NCBI RefSeq assembly: GCF_006345805.1
Contig: NC_042998.1
Location: forward strand, 198,214,001-198,278,000
Length of the DNA stretch: 64,000 nt
Source: Octopus sinensis
Taxonomy: Eukaryota
Direction: 5' to 3'
The notes beneath the pieces were generated by a model. That model had not been told where the DNA came from. It worked only from the letters and a program-made list of their open reading frames with translations, and searched no databases. The translations under genes were made by a program, and so were the position numbers. Position 1 is the stretch's first letter, and every line of letters begins with the position of its first letter. Positions 11,925 to 23,889 of this stretch are shown piece after piece.

Positions 11925-12821
11925 AATGCTGCCCATCCTCTCAGGGGAAATAAAGTAAAATAAAATAAAATAAAAGAAAAGAACGTAAAATTCTGCTTGC
12001 TGTGTTGTCTAGCCCTTAGGTCAGCACTGATGGATCAAATCTATGTTCAAAGTCTTTCCAGCCATGATCATCCTATCATTTTGTACATCAAGGGATACAT
12101 TGCCCAATGTATTATCATATTTTAAAGAATAATGCATGTGTACGTGTGTGTGTGTGTGTGTGCATGTGTGTGTGTGTGTTTTGAAGGAAATTTGGCACTG
12201 GCATCAGCCACGTACAGATGGTGCATTTTATGTGCCACCAGCACAGGTATCACAACTACAATTTCCATTTGATTTTTGACCATTTTTGAAATCATGTGTG
12301 ACAGAGTTTTACTTCTCTGACAAATGTTTTTACAGCTGAATGGTTATTCTTCATCTCACTAAGCACCTAACCACTCAACTGTGATGTAAAAGTTGTAGAG
12401 CCACTTTTTATTTTCGGAAATGAGAGTGAGAATCAAACCAAGTTACATTTGTTGTTCAGAGACACAGTGTAATGACAGTACTGAGATCTGAACTTATGAC
12501 ACTGTGGTCAGTAACCCAACACCTTAACCTCACAGGTATGATGTCTCTTAGTTTTAAATCAAAGCTAACATATTTAATGAACATTATAAAAATAATTTAA
12601 TTAATCAGATCAATGCAGTAATGAGAGGAAATTATTAAATCAATGTTTAAATCACTTAAAAAGATTTCTTTATATTTTCAATAATAAACTGCATTAAAAA
12701 CATAAAAGTAAAGCTAATTACATTTGAATCTTTTCTAATTAACATTTCTATCACTGTCCTCCCATTCCTATTTCACACCAATACGGTGAAAGATGGAGCA
12801 AATTTGAAGAGCTCAAACTCA

Positions 12822-13067
12822 GAGGAAGCATGGAACAAACTGCCGGCATCAGTTGTTTGTTGTCGGAGCACTGCATCCTTCAAAACTTCCATGCTTCCTG
12901 AGATTCGCCAACACTACACCTGATTTTCTCCCCTCCATACACACGCAAGCATGTATCTGACTCATACACTGTTCACTTCCCAGACATTTGGACATTACTG
13001 CATATTCTTTATACACACTTTTGACAAGGTGTGGTGCACCTGAGCACTGTATACAATAATATCATCA

Positions 13068-13102
<35 letters not shown>

Positions 13103-13103
13103 G
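12822..13103 (+). pseudogene. CR1 LINE extreme 3' fragment
   Basis: EAWNKLPASVV...SFK peptide, shared 3' UTR GTGGTGCACCTGAGCACTGTATACAAT and (ATT)n tail. Confidence 0.85.
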
Positions 13104-13147
13104 CAGAAAAAAATAGAAAACTTATAACTTTGAGAAGTCATACTGGG

Positions 13148-13395
13148 AACATCATCCTCATCATTTAGCATCTGCTTTCCATGTTGGCATGGGTTAGACT
13201 GTTTGGCTGAAACTGGTAAGCTAGAGAGCTGCACCAGGTTCCAATCTGCTTTGGCATGGCTTCTACAGCTGGATGCCCTTCCTATAATGCCAACCACTCC
13301 TAGAGTGTAATGCGTGCTTTGTATGTGCCAGCTACGTGACACTGGCATCGGCTACAACTACATTTCTATTTGGCTTGATGAGTCTTCTCAAGCAT
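13148..13395 (-). mobile_element. SINE-like family B, diverged
   Basis: Reverse-oriented tail and TTTCTACAGCTGGATGCCCTTCC domain. Confidence 0.7.
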
Positions 13396-13404
13396 GGCAA
13401 ATTA

Positions 13405-13646
13405 AAATAATCAAATGCACCAATCCGATCGTGGCCATTGCCAGCCTCACCTGGCACCTGTGCAGGGGCATGTAAAAAGCACCCACTACACTCGCAGAGT
13501 GGTTGGCGTTAGGAAGGGCATCCAGCTGTAGAAACTCTGCCAGATCAGACTGGAGCCTGGTGCAGCCCCTGGCTTCCCAGACCCCGGTCGAACCGTCCAA
13601 CCCATGCTAGCATGGAGAATGGACGTTAAAGATGATGATGATGATG
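13405..13646 (+). mobile_element. SINE-like family B
   Basis: Conserved 3' domain and (GAT)n tail. Confidence 0.85.
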
Positions 13647-13921
13647 AATATGGCCCACGTCTGTCTGTCTGAGTTTTATGAAAAGTAAGTACACCATATC
13701 CCTGTCTGCCATAAGAGTCATCTAAAAGGGTTGGCAACAAGAAGGGTATCTGGCCATAAAAAGCACAACCCCCAACAGCACCTGCCAGTATGGAAATCAA
13801 ACATAATACATAGATGGTGGATGCTGAACCCAAACTGAAATTATGAGTACTTGGGAAGTGGACATGGTGGTAGTAGAAAGGAAGGGAGACTAAATCGAAT
13901 AAGCATATTTATGTATTAACA

Positions 13922-14450
13922 GTCAAAATCAAACCAAATCAACATCAGTGGAAATTGCAGCTGTGGTTAAGTGAACCATCCGATCGTTTGTCCGTTGCCA
14001 GCCTCGCCTGGCCCCCGTGCCATTGGCATGTAAAAGCACCATCCACTCGTGTCCGTTGCCAGCCTTGCCTGGCCCCCGTGCTGGTAGCACGTAAAAACAC
14101 CATCCGTTCGTGTCCATTGTCAGCCTCGCCTGGCCCCCGTGCCGTTGGCACATAAAAGCACCATCCGCTCGTGTCTGTAGCCTCGCATGGCCCCCGTGCC
14201 GGTAGCACGTAAAAACACCATCCGTTCGTGGCCGTTTTCCAGCTCTGTCTGGCACCTGTGCAGGTGGCACGTAAAAAGCACCCACTACACTCACGAAGTG
14301 GTTGGCGTTAGGAAGGCCATCCAGCCGTAGAAACACTGCCAAATCTGACTGGGCCTGATGAAGCCTTCCGGCTTCACAGACCCCAGTTAAACCGTCCAAC
14401 CCATGCTAGCATGGAAAACGGACGCTAAATGATGATGATGATGATGATGA
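13922..14450 (+). mobile_element. SINE-like family B with five tandem ~61-bp internal modules
   Basis: Unit CATCCGTTCGTGTCCGTTGCCAGCCTCGCCTGGCCCCCGTGCCGGTAGCACGTAAAAACAC repeated at about 13978-14260. Confidence 0.85.
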
Positions 14451-14534
14451 AGCTAGACTGAAATGTAATGGATCAGCTGACAATCTTGTCATGGAGGATT
14501 GAGTAAATAAAACTAGCCCAAACGACCTTAACAT

Positions 14535-14915
14535 TAGCTTCAAGGTTCATCCAAGACTGGGACCACGGGCCATACATCCCCTGCCCAATTCAAGATCACA
14601 GCATACATGTACACTGCAACATAATTTCTTTTCCTCAACAGGCCCTGCCCTATTTAACATTGTCCCGAAAGAGATCAAAGAGGAAAAGGATCCCATCAAC
14701 TTTAAACGGAGTCTGGATAGATTCCTTCAAAGAATACCAGATAAGCCACCCATAAATGGATACAACTCACCCAACAAGAACTCACTACTTGAATGGACCA
14801 TAAACAAAACTTGACTTAAACAGGATTTAGATAATCCCATCAGGTGGTGCAATTAAGTTAGACATGGCCTGGACCAATCTTTGGTCGAAACATATCTAAG
14901 TTTATCTAAGTCTAA
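14535..14915 (+). pseudogene. CR1-group LINE 3' fragment, subfamily not assigned
   Basis: FSSTGPALFNIVPKEIKEEKDPINFKRSLDRFLQRIPDKP...NSLLEW resembles a LINE ORF2 C-terminus; TCTAAG-like tail. Confidence 0.6.
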
Positions 14916-15217
14916 AATGCTATGAAGAAGGGGGAGTAGAGGGATGAGTAAGATGAAGAGGGGGAGAAGAAGAAAGAAAGAAGACACAAAACTGAAATCT
15001 CGGAATTAAAATTGTTGTCCTGAGTCTGTTTTCTTAACGTAACCCCCAATTATAGATTTGCAGTCCTTTCATTATATTTACACTCATTTGAGTGTGACAG
15101 TTCCCATAGGAACTGCAACGACATGCAGCAACCAGAATATCATAATTTCTTAATTGAAATGCTGGATTTAATTATTTGTGAAGTCATTAATGAAAAGTTT
15201 TGTGCTGTATGTACATG

Positions 15218-15249
<32 letters not shown>

Positions 15250-15252
15250 TAT

Positions 15253-15292
<40 letters not shown>

Positions 15293-15327
15293 GCATATAT
15301 ATATATACATATATGTATGTATGTATA

Positions 15328-16609
15328 TTGGGTCATCCCATAAACAATGCGGTCTTTTCAATTGCATAAACTAAAAGTCAGAGAAGAATAGGATAAACTA
15401 CCTGCATCAATTTCCTATAAAAGCAGGTACTAATTTTACCTTGTACTTATTCTTAGTGCAAATTTTGAAGAGTGCAGTTCGATTTTAACAGTTATTTTTT
15501 TCAAAGCTATAATGGAAGTGACAAAGGAACATGTTTGGCATATTTTGATTTATGAGTTCAATAAAGACAACAATGCAAAGGAGAGTACAAGGCATATTAA
15601 TGCAGTATATGGGGATCAGACAAAAAGTATAAGCCAGTGTCAACGGTGGTTCCAGAAATTTAGAGCTAGAAGCTACAGCCTAGATGACAAGACTCTTCCT
15701 GAAAGATCTGTAGAGCTTGACATGGATGTCCTGCAAACTCTGGTGGAACAAAATCCCATCGTAGCTGTTGAGGAACTAGCAGAGAATCTTGGATTTGGTC
15801 ATTCAACCATTCATTGACACCTGTGTGCCATCAGAAAAATCAGCAAATTGGGTCAATGGGTTCCTCACAAACATTCCGAGTCTAATCACATGCAGGGAGT
15901 GAATATGTGCTCTTCTTTGCTGTCACGTCTTACAAATAAACCTTTTTGGACAGAATAGTGACTGGTGACGAGAAATGGGTTCTCTATAAAATTCGTCAAG
16001 AACCAAAGACAGTGGGTAGGGAAAGTAGAAACACTGGCACCTCAGGCTAAAGAAGGTCTTCACCCATGTAAGGTGTTATTATCCTTTTGGTGGGATATGA
16101 AAGGTTTAGTCCACTTTGACCTTTTAAACCCAAACCAAATGATAACAAAGAAGATCTATCGCAAGCAGTTTGAACGGCTTAAATCAGCGCTAGAAGGAAA
16201 ACGACCATCTTTGGTTTCATGACAAAAGATGTTCTTCCATGAGAATATTTGGCTACATACAGCGAGGATGACATTCCAAAGGCTGGAGCGGTTTGAATGG
16301 GAAACGATGCCCCACCCATCATATTCGCCAGACATTACCCGATCTGATTATCATTTATTCTGGGACTTCAAAATCATTTGGATGGAAAAAATATGAATTC
16401 TGTAGAGAAGGTCATAACAGTACTGGAGGAGTATTTTTTGTCACGGTCAAGTGAATTTTGGAAGCAGGGCCTTGCAAGTCAACCAGATAGATGTAAGAGC
16501 ATTGTAGAAAATGAAGGAGAGTATATTTTAGATTAATAAAGAATTTATCTTAATTTTGAAAAATAAAAGGAGTATAAAAAAAACCCGCATTGTTTATGGG
16601 ATAACCCAA
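15328..16609 (+). mobile_element. Full-length mariner (Tc1/mariner) DNA transposon, inactivated
   Basis: TIRs TTGGGTCATCCCATAAACAATGCGG and its near-perfect inverse, TA at both ends, 1282 bp. Confidence 0.95.
15512..16530 (+). pseudogene. Mariner transposase pseudogene
   Basis: HTH region QRWFQKFR, WVPHK motif, IVTGDEKW, YSPDITRSDYHLF; second catalytic Asp reads HEN; in-frame stops and frameshifts. Confidence 0.92.
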
Positions 16610-16798
16610 TACACACACATATATATACACACATATATATATACATATATATATACACACACACATATATATATATATACACATATATATATACATACAC
16701 ACACATATATATACATATACACACATATATATACATACACACACACATATATATATACACACACACACACACAACATATACACACACACACACACACG

Positions 16799-16837
<39 letters not shown>

Positions 16838-16850
16838 ATACACAGACACA
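16610..16850. repeat. (TA)/(CA) compound microsatellite
   Basis: Read directly from the sequence. Confidence 0.95.
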
Positions 16851-17444
16851 AATGTATGTATATAATATTGTGAGATATTAAGTATCTATGTTATGAAAGG
16901 TAGTATGACAGATAGCTGTATGTTAGCAATAAGAGGTCAACATTAACCAGCTGTGGCACAAAATACGAGTTTGCATTGTGTCAATCCACTTCACATATAG
17001 TCACGTTCTAATGTCAGACAGCAGCTACAGAAACATGTCCATTACGTATACACACCTTCTTGTTGGTCAAGCCCAACAAGAAGTTCTATCCTAGTCTGTA
17101 TTTCACAACACCTTCCAAACACAGATAAAGTAAACCTCAGGGAAAAACACAGCCCCAAATATTACATCTTCACTATTGATAGAGAAGACAGCTAGGACTA
17201 TAACACTTCTTTTAAACAATGGACTTTACTAATTCTGATTACTATTCATATAGTACAAAGCAGCATAGGAAACTGATGTCCACTACACTAAATGTATGTA
17301 TCCTCTACATCAGGTGATGCTCACACACCAGAGAAGTCTTTATACCTCATTATAAATGTGTATAAACATCCAGAAAATGACTGTCAGCTGGATTAGTAAA
17401 TCTTCATTCACCAATAATTTCCAATCACTCATTCAATATCAAGC

Positions 17445-17738
17445 TGTGTCCTCTCTCTCTCCGTCTGTCTAACTCTGTCTCTCTGTCTTTGTCTCTCTCT
17501 CTCTCTCTGTCTGTCTTTGTCTCTCTCTCTCTCCGTGTCTTTGTCTCTCTCTCTCTCCGTGTCTTTCTCTCTCTCTCTCTCTCTCTCTGTGTCTTTGTCT
17601 CTCTCTCTCTCTCTGTCTTTGTCTCTCTCTCTCTGTCTTTGTCTTTCTCTCTCTCTCTGTCTTTGTCTCTCTTTCTCTCTCTGTCTTTGTCTCTCTTTCT
17701 CTCTCTCTGTCTTTGTCTCTCTCTCTCTCTGTCTTTGT

Positions 17739-17802
<64 letters not shown>

Positions 17803-17823
17803 TTGTCTCTCTCTCTGTCTTTG

Positions 17824-17881
<58 letters not shown>
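17445..17881. repeat. (CT)n-rich array punctuated by GTCTTT
   Basis: Recurrent GTCTTTGT(CT)n units; source of the SL- and ER-repeat pseudo-ORFs. Confidence 0.95.
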
Positions 17882-18214
17882 AACTACAAAAGTCTCCTCC
17901 TTCTCTCAATTTCATAACACTATATTCTTGTGCTGGCCCTTTTCTGTAAGCTAGCTGATCTTCACTCCCTAGATTCCATGTTAATCTTTTTTTTCTTGAT
18001 CAAAACCCACTCAATGTCTACCCTCCACTTTTTTTGCTCACGGTGGGGGGAAAACCCCAACTTTAACATTAACCCTGTTAACCTTTCTGAGTTACCACGA
18101 TCATCCAGCCAAGAAGAACTTAATAAGCTATAAGCAAATACTTCCCAGTCAACATCACTGAATTAAAAGACAAACCATTATACATACACCATACACACAC
18201 ACACAACATACACA

Positions 18215-18784
18215 GGCACAGGTAATCACTCAGCAAGACTTTTGTTAGCCGCTCTCCAGCCATCTATTTAAAACTGTATACAGCTATGGTACGACCACAC
18301 TTGGAATTCGCATCATCAGTTTGGAACCCCTATCTTGCTCAGAACATTGACCTCCTGGAATCTGTCCAGAGGCGTGCAACCAAACGCATACCCTCCATCA
18401 GACACCTACCATATTCTGAGCACCTTGTTTCCCTGGGCATGGATTCACTGAAGCTCCGGCGTCTGGCGACGGACTTGGTAAACACCCACAAAGTTATCAA
18501 CCACCTCACCAACAACAACACTGAACACCTTTTTGATCTCCACGTGTCTAACACACGTGGACATGCCTACAAAGTCAGAAAACAACACAGCTCCCATGAC
18601 TTTCGGAAACATTTTTTCACGCTCAGAGTTGCTGAAGCATGGAACAAACTGCCTGCGTCAGTTGTTGACTGCCATGACACTGCATCCTTTAAGGCCCTCA
18701 TGCTTTCCGAAATCCGCCGAAACTACACCTGATTATATATACACTTTAGATGAGTTGTAGTGCACCTGAGCACTGTACACAATG

Positions 18785-18829
<45 letters not shown>
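18215..18829 (+). pseudogene. CR1-clade LINE ORF2 3' fragment
   Basis: LYTAMVRPHLEFASSVWNPY...LESVQRRATK...TRGHAYK...FFTLRVAEAWNKLP, then the shared 3' UTR and (ATT)n tail. Confidence 0.92.
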
Positions 18830-18833
<4 letters not shown>

Positions 18834-19584
18834 CAGCCACATTAAACAGTATCATTTACCTCCATCACACCTGGTATATCATCTTCCTTAACCTTTGACC
18901 ACATTACAGTCAACATCATACTGTAATAATTGAATTAATCTGTTGACATTAATGCGTGCTATCATCTCATGATGGCTGTTTGAAACCTTTAATATATTCA
19001 GCCAATATTTCCGCAAGCCCCAGGCTTTGTACTTACTCATAACTCTACTTTCTATAATGTTAATTAATGTGAGGTAAATTATTCCCTAGACACAGTAATA
19101 GTCTATCAAAGTTAATATTTCTCTGGGGATATGGTACATACATATCTGCCAGCTAGATAGACTGAGGTGTGCAGTACAAAGTGTTCTATACACAGACATA
19201 ATGAAATACATACAGTAAATTTGAACCCATACATTATAAGCTGAAAGTCTGATAGACTAATTCATGTACATTTTATCTGTTTGATACTGAGAAAGGTGCT
19301 ATAGTATCCACAACTTCTACAGGTCCTCTGAAGCACACAGGCCATCGTAGATGTTGTACAAAAAGCAAAATGAGGGGGCAACATATCTGTGGGCCAGAGG
19401 TTGGAGTGTGTTGCTTAGTGACATTGAGTATCCCTTTTTTGGAAGCAGTTTAGGGTATCAGTAGTGATGACCTTGAGGTTTATAGTTTGTGTGGTGTTGA
19501 TACTAAGGAGAGACATACTGCAATAATATTTTCTTGACACGGGCAGTGATTATGTCATAACAAATAGCTTCCTAGATTCTTAAC

Positions 19585-19897
19585 GTACTTTTGAGGCGAG
19601 CGAGGTTGAAAAGCTTGCCGTCCATTCTGTACGAGATCTCGATGCCAGGTGGAAGGTCATCTCGTATGATGTGCAACACTGTCGCGATAAAGGTCTGCAG
19701 AGCTGGAGGAGAAAAGATGACGACGGAAGGAGCGCCAACAACAACCACATGCGACTCTCCCTTCCGGCACTAGATGTCCGCACTGCGACCGATCTTTTTG
19801 AGCAAGAATTGGTCTTATCGGTCACCTACGGACTCACCAGTAAATTTGCACGAAGACCATCATCCTCGACCTTGAGGGATTGCCATAGTAGTAGTAG
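19585..19897 (+). mobile_element. RTE LINE insertion with an inverted 5' segment
   Basis: 12-bp TSD TAGATTCTTAAC (19573-19584, 19898-19909). The + strand 3' end encodes ...CPHCDRSF*ARIGLIGHLRTHQ with a (GTA)n tail. 19585-19691 is an RT segment on the - strand (FIATVLHIIRDDLPPGIEISYRMDGKLFNLARLK). Confidence 0.88.
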
Positions 19898-20229
19898 TAG
19901 ATTCTTAACAAAGATTTGAAACTTAGCCTAGATTTTTCTACAAGTTCCTCCCCATTGTTCTTGACATTGGCACTTTATGAGAGTCAACTGTCACATTGAG
20001 ATAATTCTTTAACTGGCTATTTCAGGCAAAACTTAGGTCATGGTAGATATGAGATGGAAAATTTTTTGTAGAGCCTGGCCTAATTTAGTTAGAAAAAACA
20101 CATAGGGAACCCGGTCCTATCATTTTCACTTGGCCCTGAGTCAAAAAGAGTGCATCTATATCTTTCTCATCTCATGTCACGACAACTTTCACCCTCTCTA
20201 CTTGTCTAAATTCTTTTACTCTTACTCTC

Positions 20230-20345
20230 TCCATCTATCCATTTCCCTGGCAGTCAACAAAAGATGAACTTGACAACCTACAGAATTGGTAACAGAATGG
20301 CAAATGTGTGGATAATATCAAGTTGAAGTATCTTTCATTGTAACA
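20230..20345 (+). pseudogene. Degenerate CR1-type RT relic
   Basis: STKDELDNLQNW* resembles the DLDNLQNW...WQM motif at the end of the CR1 RT. Confidence 0.35.
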
Positions 20346-20411
20346 ATGAAAATAAAGGACCATTTCAACAAATAAGCAATATGTTTCTTCCCCTCATTTA
20401 CTTACTACTTA

Positions 20412-20807
20412 CTATCAGTATAGCCCAGCGTTGCTCAGGCTTGTTTTCTTTTCGACCCTTTAGATTTGGAATTTTTGAAAAGTAAAAATTTTGCATTATG
20501 TAGATTGTTATTCTCTATAAGTGAACATTTTTCTGGTTGAAATACACCGAAAAATGGCGACACAGCAGTCAAAAAATCGTAAAAAGAAAGGGATTTTCAT
20601 AGAAAAAAAGCACCTTTTTGATGTAAATAATTTTTGGTGTTAACATGGTCCGATTTGAATTTTTTTTCTACGGAAGGAAGAGCAAGCCTTCTTCTATCAT
20701 ACTCTCAATTCTGGTCAACTTGCGCCACAGGGTCTCGGAGGAGATAGTGTTAGTTGAAGGCTACCAAACCTGCCATACCCAGACAACTTCAGCTTTAGAT
20801 ATAGAGA
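20412..20807 (-). mobile_element. Non-autonomous Helitron family H2
   Basis: Reverse complement of the 45231-45623 element; 3' CTAG degenerate. Confidence 0.8.
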
Positions 20808-20899
20808 TAAATCGTTACGTTCTTTCTGCAGTTGAAGGAGTCAAAGTAGGAATAAATCTGCTGGAGAAAGTTTTCTAAATATCTGGTTATGAGTTCAGA

Positions 20900-21730
20900 G
20901 AAATTTCATGCAAAGATTTTAGGTTGAACCATCTCAAATATAGGAGCAAAACACCATTGTGGGTCTCACCTGAGCCTTGTGTAAAGTCAATATTTGTTGA
21001 AGGATAAAATATTTTCTGGCTCTGAATAGGAGAACTAGTTGCCATGACACAGACTTTGCAATGTAATCCTCAATAATGGTGAAGCCTAGCACTAGTAGTG
21101 TCTTTGAAGGTTCTAGTTGTGTGCTGTTTGTGTTTAGGAAGGGTGAAATGCAATCATATTTTCTTGATAAGTGCAATAACTCTGTATTTTTGCTGTTTAA
21201 CCCTTTCGTTACCATATTTATTTTGAGATGCGCTGTGTTTCTTACAATTAATTTTAAATATAACAACGAATTTAGTAAAATAACTTAGTTATCATTAAGC
21301 TAGTGTTAGGGACATAAATCGTGACTAAGGTTTGGTGGAAGATTTTAATGCAGAATTTTTGAAAATGAAACATTTGTACTACAGAGCCAGAGGCGGTTTC
21401 AGGCGGGTTGGTAATGAAAGGGTTAAGGAGACAAGAATGGCTTGATTTTACTGGAGGCTGTTTTCAAGGTTTCTGTTCATGAGTTTGGGTCAATTTGGCG
21501 CAAAGTATCTAGGTTGTGTGTAAATGATGCATGAGTATGGAAAGTTATAGAAGAATGAAACCTGGTGTCACCTACATAGGAATAGGGATTGCTGGAAGCA
21601 ATGGCAAATAATCATTTTTAAAGAGGAGTATTGGAGTATGAGAAACCAGAAACCCTTTCTCATTTAACCAATATCTTATCCATTCAGATATTGTGCAGGG
21701 CCTTGCCATGAAACCTTTAGCTATGAGTTT
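20900..21730 (-). pseudogene. Old L2/CR1-group LINE RT relic interrupted by a MITE
   Basis: LHKAQVRPTMVFCSYI resembles YKAQIRPxMEYCSHIW; SNPYSYVGDT resembles the HSYADD region. Confidence 0.55.
21201..21422. mobile_element. piggyBac-like MITE
   Basis: TTAA on both sides; TIRs CCCTTTCGTTACC and GGTAATGAAAGGG; second copy at 46857-47077. Confidence 0.85.
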
Positions 21731-21781
21731 AAAATTCTAGTTAAGACAGGTATTTATACACACACATAGTGCCCTGATACA

Positions 21782-22178
21782 TCTTTATATATAAAAGAGA
21801 GGTTGTGTGTCTGTCTCCTACGATTTAGATTCCTAACTACTCCCACATTTTGCGGTGCAGTGTAACCAAAAGCGGGTATCTTATAGTCGTGATTCATATC
21901 GAGCCCTTCTGGGTATTAGCGCGCGTCTACGATGAGTCTACGATTTAAAAAAAAAATTACCATCATTTTTTCCCATTTTTAATGCATTTTTTTCTATTAT
22001 ATAAGGGAAGTAACTCTCTAAAAATGTATTATTAAATCTCAGCACATAAAAAGCTACAGTAACCCCCCCCCCCTTTGTGGTTAGCCATATTGAGATGGCT
22101 ATTATACTTTACATCTCTAAAAATGCTTATATAGTTATTTCCCTTACAAACCCGAGCAACGCCAGGCAATACTGCTAG
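21782..22178 (+). mobile_element. Non-autonomous Helitron family H1
   Basis: A/TC...CTAG/T ends and CCCGAGCAACGCCAGG hairpin. Confidence 0.82.
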
Positions 22179-22284
22179 TTAGCAATAAAGTAGGTTAGCG
22201 CAATGATTTCCAGTCTTTGGCTATTCACGTTGACAGTCAATTAACTCCCATCAAAAGCATACATTTAACTCCTCATTCTTCTAC

Positions 22285-22398
22285 CTGAGAGTAAAGTCCA
22301 GCCTCACATGACCACCTCCTTGGTGAGCCAGAAAGCCAGGTAAAATCGAATTACTTTGAGATAATGACAGTGAAGAGTTGACTTGTGAGATCTCACAG
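22285..22398 (-). CDS. Candidate exon, 114 nt, CEISQVNSSLSLSQSNSILPGFLAHQGGGHVRLDFTL
   Basis: AG/GT boundaries, one open frame, phase compatible with 23827-23889. Product not recognised. Confidence 0.15.
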
Positions 22399-22508
22399 CT
22401 GTTGATGGAGAAGTTGTTTACTTTAGACATATCATTATTAAGTCAGTCCTATTATTAATAGCTACTCACTTACATGAAGCACAGTGGCTGTGTGATTAAT
22501 ATACTGGA

Positions 22509-23036
22509 AGAACTGTGGAAGCACTCCGTCGGTTACGACGATGAGGGTTCCGGTTGATCCGATCAACGGAACAGCCTGCTCGTGAAATTAACGTGTAAGT
22601 AGCTGACCACTCCACAGACACGTGCACCCTTAACGTAGTTCTCGGGGATATTCAGCGTGACACAGAGAGTGACAAGGCCGGCCCCTTGAAATACAGGTAC
22701 AACAGAAACAGGAAGTAAGAGTGAGAGAAAGTTGTGGTGAAAGAGTACAGTAGGGATCACCACCATCCCCTGCCGAAGCCTCGTGGAGCTTTAGGTGTTT
22801 TTGCTCAATAAACACTCACAACGCCCGGTCTGGAATCGAAACCGCGATCCTACGACCACGAGTCCGCTGCCCTAACCACTGGGCCATTGCGCCTCCTTCC
22901 ATCCCCTGCCAGAGCCTCGTGGAGCTTTTTAGGTGTTTTCGCTCAATAAACACTCACAATGCCCGGTCTGGGAATTGAAACCGCGATCCTATGACCGCGA
23001 GTCCGCTGCCCTAACCACTGGGCCACTGCGTCTCCA
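22509..23036 (-). mobile_element. tRNA-derived SINE family D with duplicated 5' head
   Basis: Head GGAGGCGCAATGGCCCAGTGGTTAGGGCAGCGGACTC; 16-bp TSD TGATTAATATACTGGA (22493-22508, 23037-23052); about 135-nt head present twice. Confidence 0.88.
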
Positions 23037-23238
23037 TGATTAATATACTGGACTAAAGAACTGCAAAATAATTGAACTCAAACACTGCTATACCAATTGT
23101 GGTGGTACTATTGCTATCATTGGATATCTCCCATCAGTTCTGCTTACATAAACTTAAGGTATAGTGATGGTTGATCAAACATTTAGCAGTAACTTCCATG
23201 TTCACTTAACACATACATCTTCAGTCAATATCAATAGG

Positions 23239-23634
23239 TTTACTCTTTTACTCTTTTACTTGTTTCAGTCATTTGACTGCGGCCATGCTGGAGCAGCGCC
23301 TTTAGTCGAGCAACTCGACCCCGAGACTTATTCTTTTTGTAAGCCCAGTACTTATTCTATCGGTCTCCTTTTGCCGAACCGCTAAGTAACGGGGACATAA
23401 ACTCACCAGCATCGGTTGTCAAGCAATGCTAGGGGAACAAACACAGACACACAAACACACACACATACATATATACGACAGGCTTCTTTCAGTTTCCGTC
23501 TACCAAATCCACTCACAAGGCATTGGTCGGCCCGGGGCTATAGCAGAAGACACTTGCCCAAGATGCCACGCAGTGGGACTGAACCTGGAACCATGTGGTT
23601 GGTTAGCAAGCTTCTTACCACACAGCCACTCCTG
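23239..23634 (-). mobile_element. tRNA-derived SINE family A
   Basis: Full-length reverse-complement match. Confidence 0.9.
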
Positions 23635-23826
23635 ATTATTTTCTATTTATATAAGGCATAATTCAGTATTTTGTCAGCAATGCGATCTGATACAACATAG
23701 GACATGTAATAAGCTTTAGAATTGTAAACGTTTCCATTTTAAACTAGGTAAGGAGTTTATTACAGATTTCGTTATTACATTCAACAGGTTAGCCTACTTT
23801 GTGAAATCTAACCCCGCCTTTCTCAC

Positions 23827-23889
23827 TCTCTCTTTCTGGCCTCATAGTCAATGTACAGTGATTTTAGTAAGCCAAGCCTGTTAGTTACC
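23827..23889 (-). CDS. Candidate exon, 63 nt, VTNRLGLLKSLYIDYEARKR
   Basis: Acceptor TTCTCAGCTTACAG, donor GA/GTGAGA, open frame. Product not recognised. Confidence 0.25.

Noticed and set aside
15512-16222. SETMAR-like host gene
   Set aside because: No SET domain, flanked by TIRs and TA, and the reading frame is broken.
16545-16873. YI/CV-rich ORFs
   Set aside because: TA/CA microsatellite artefacts; the same applies to many short ORFs across the window.
17425-17954. ER-rich and SL-rich ORFs
   Set aside because: Translations of a CT/GA microsatellite.
20236-20270. Plus-strand exon STKDELDNLQN
   Set aside because: Better explained as a CR1-type reverse transcriptase relic.
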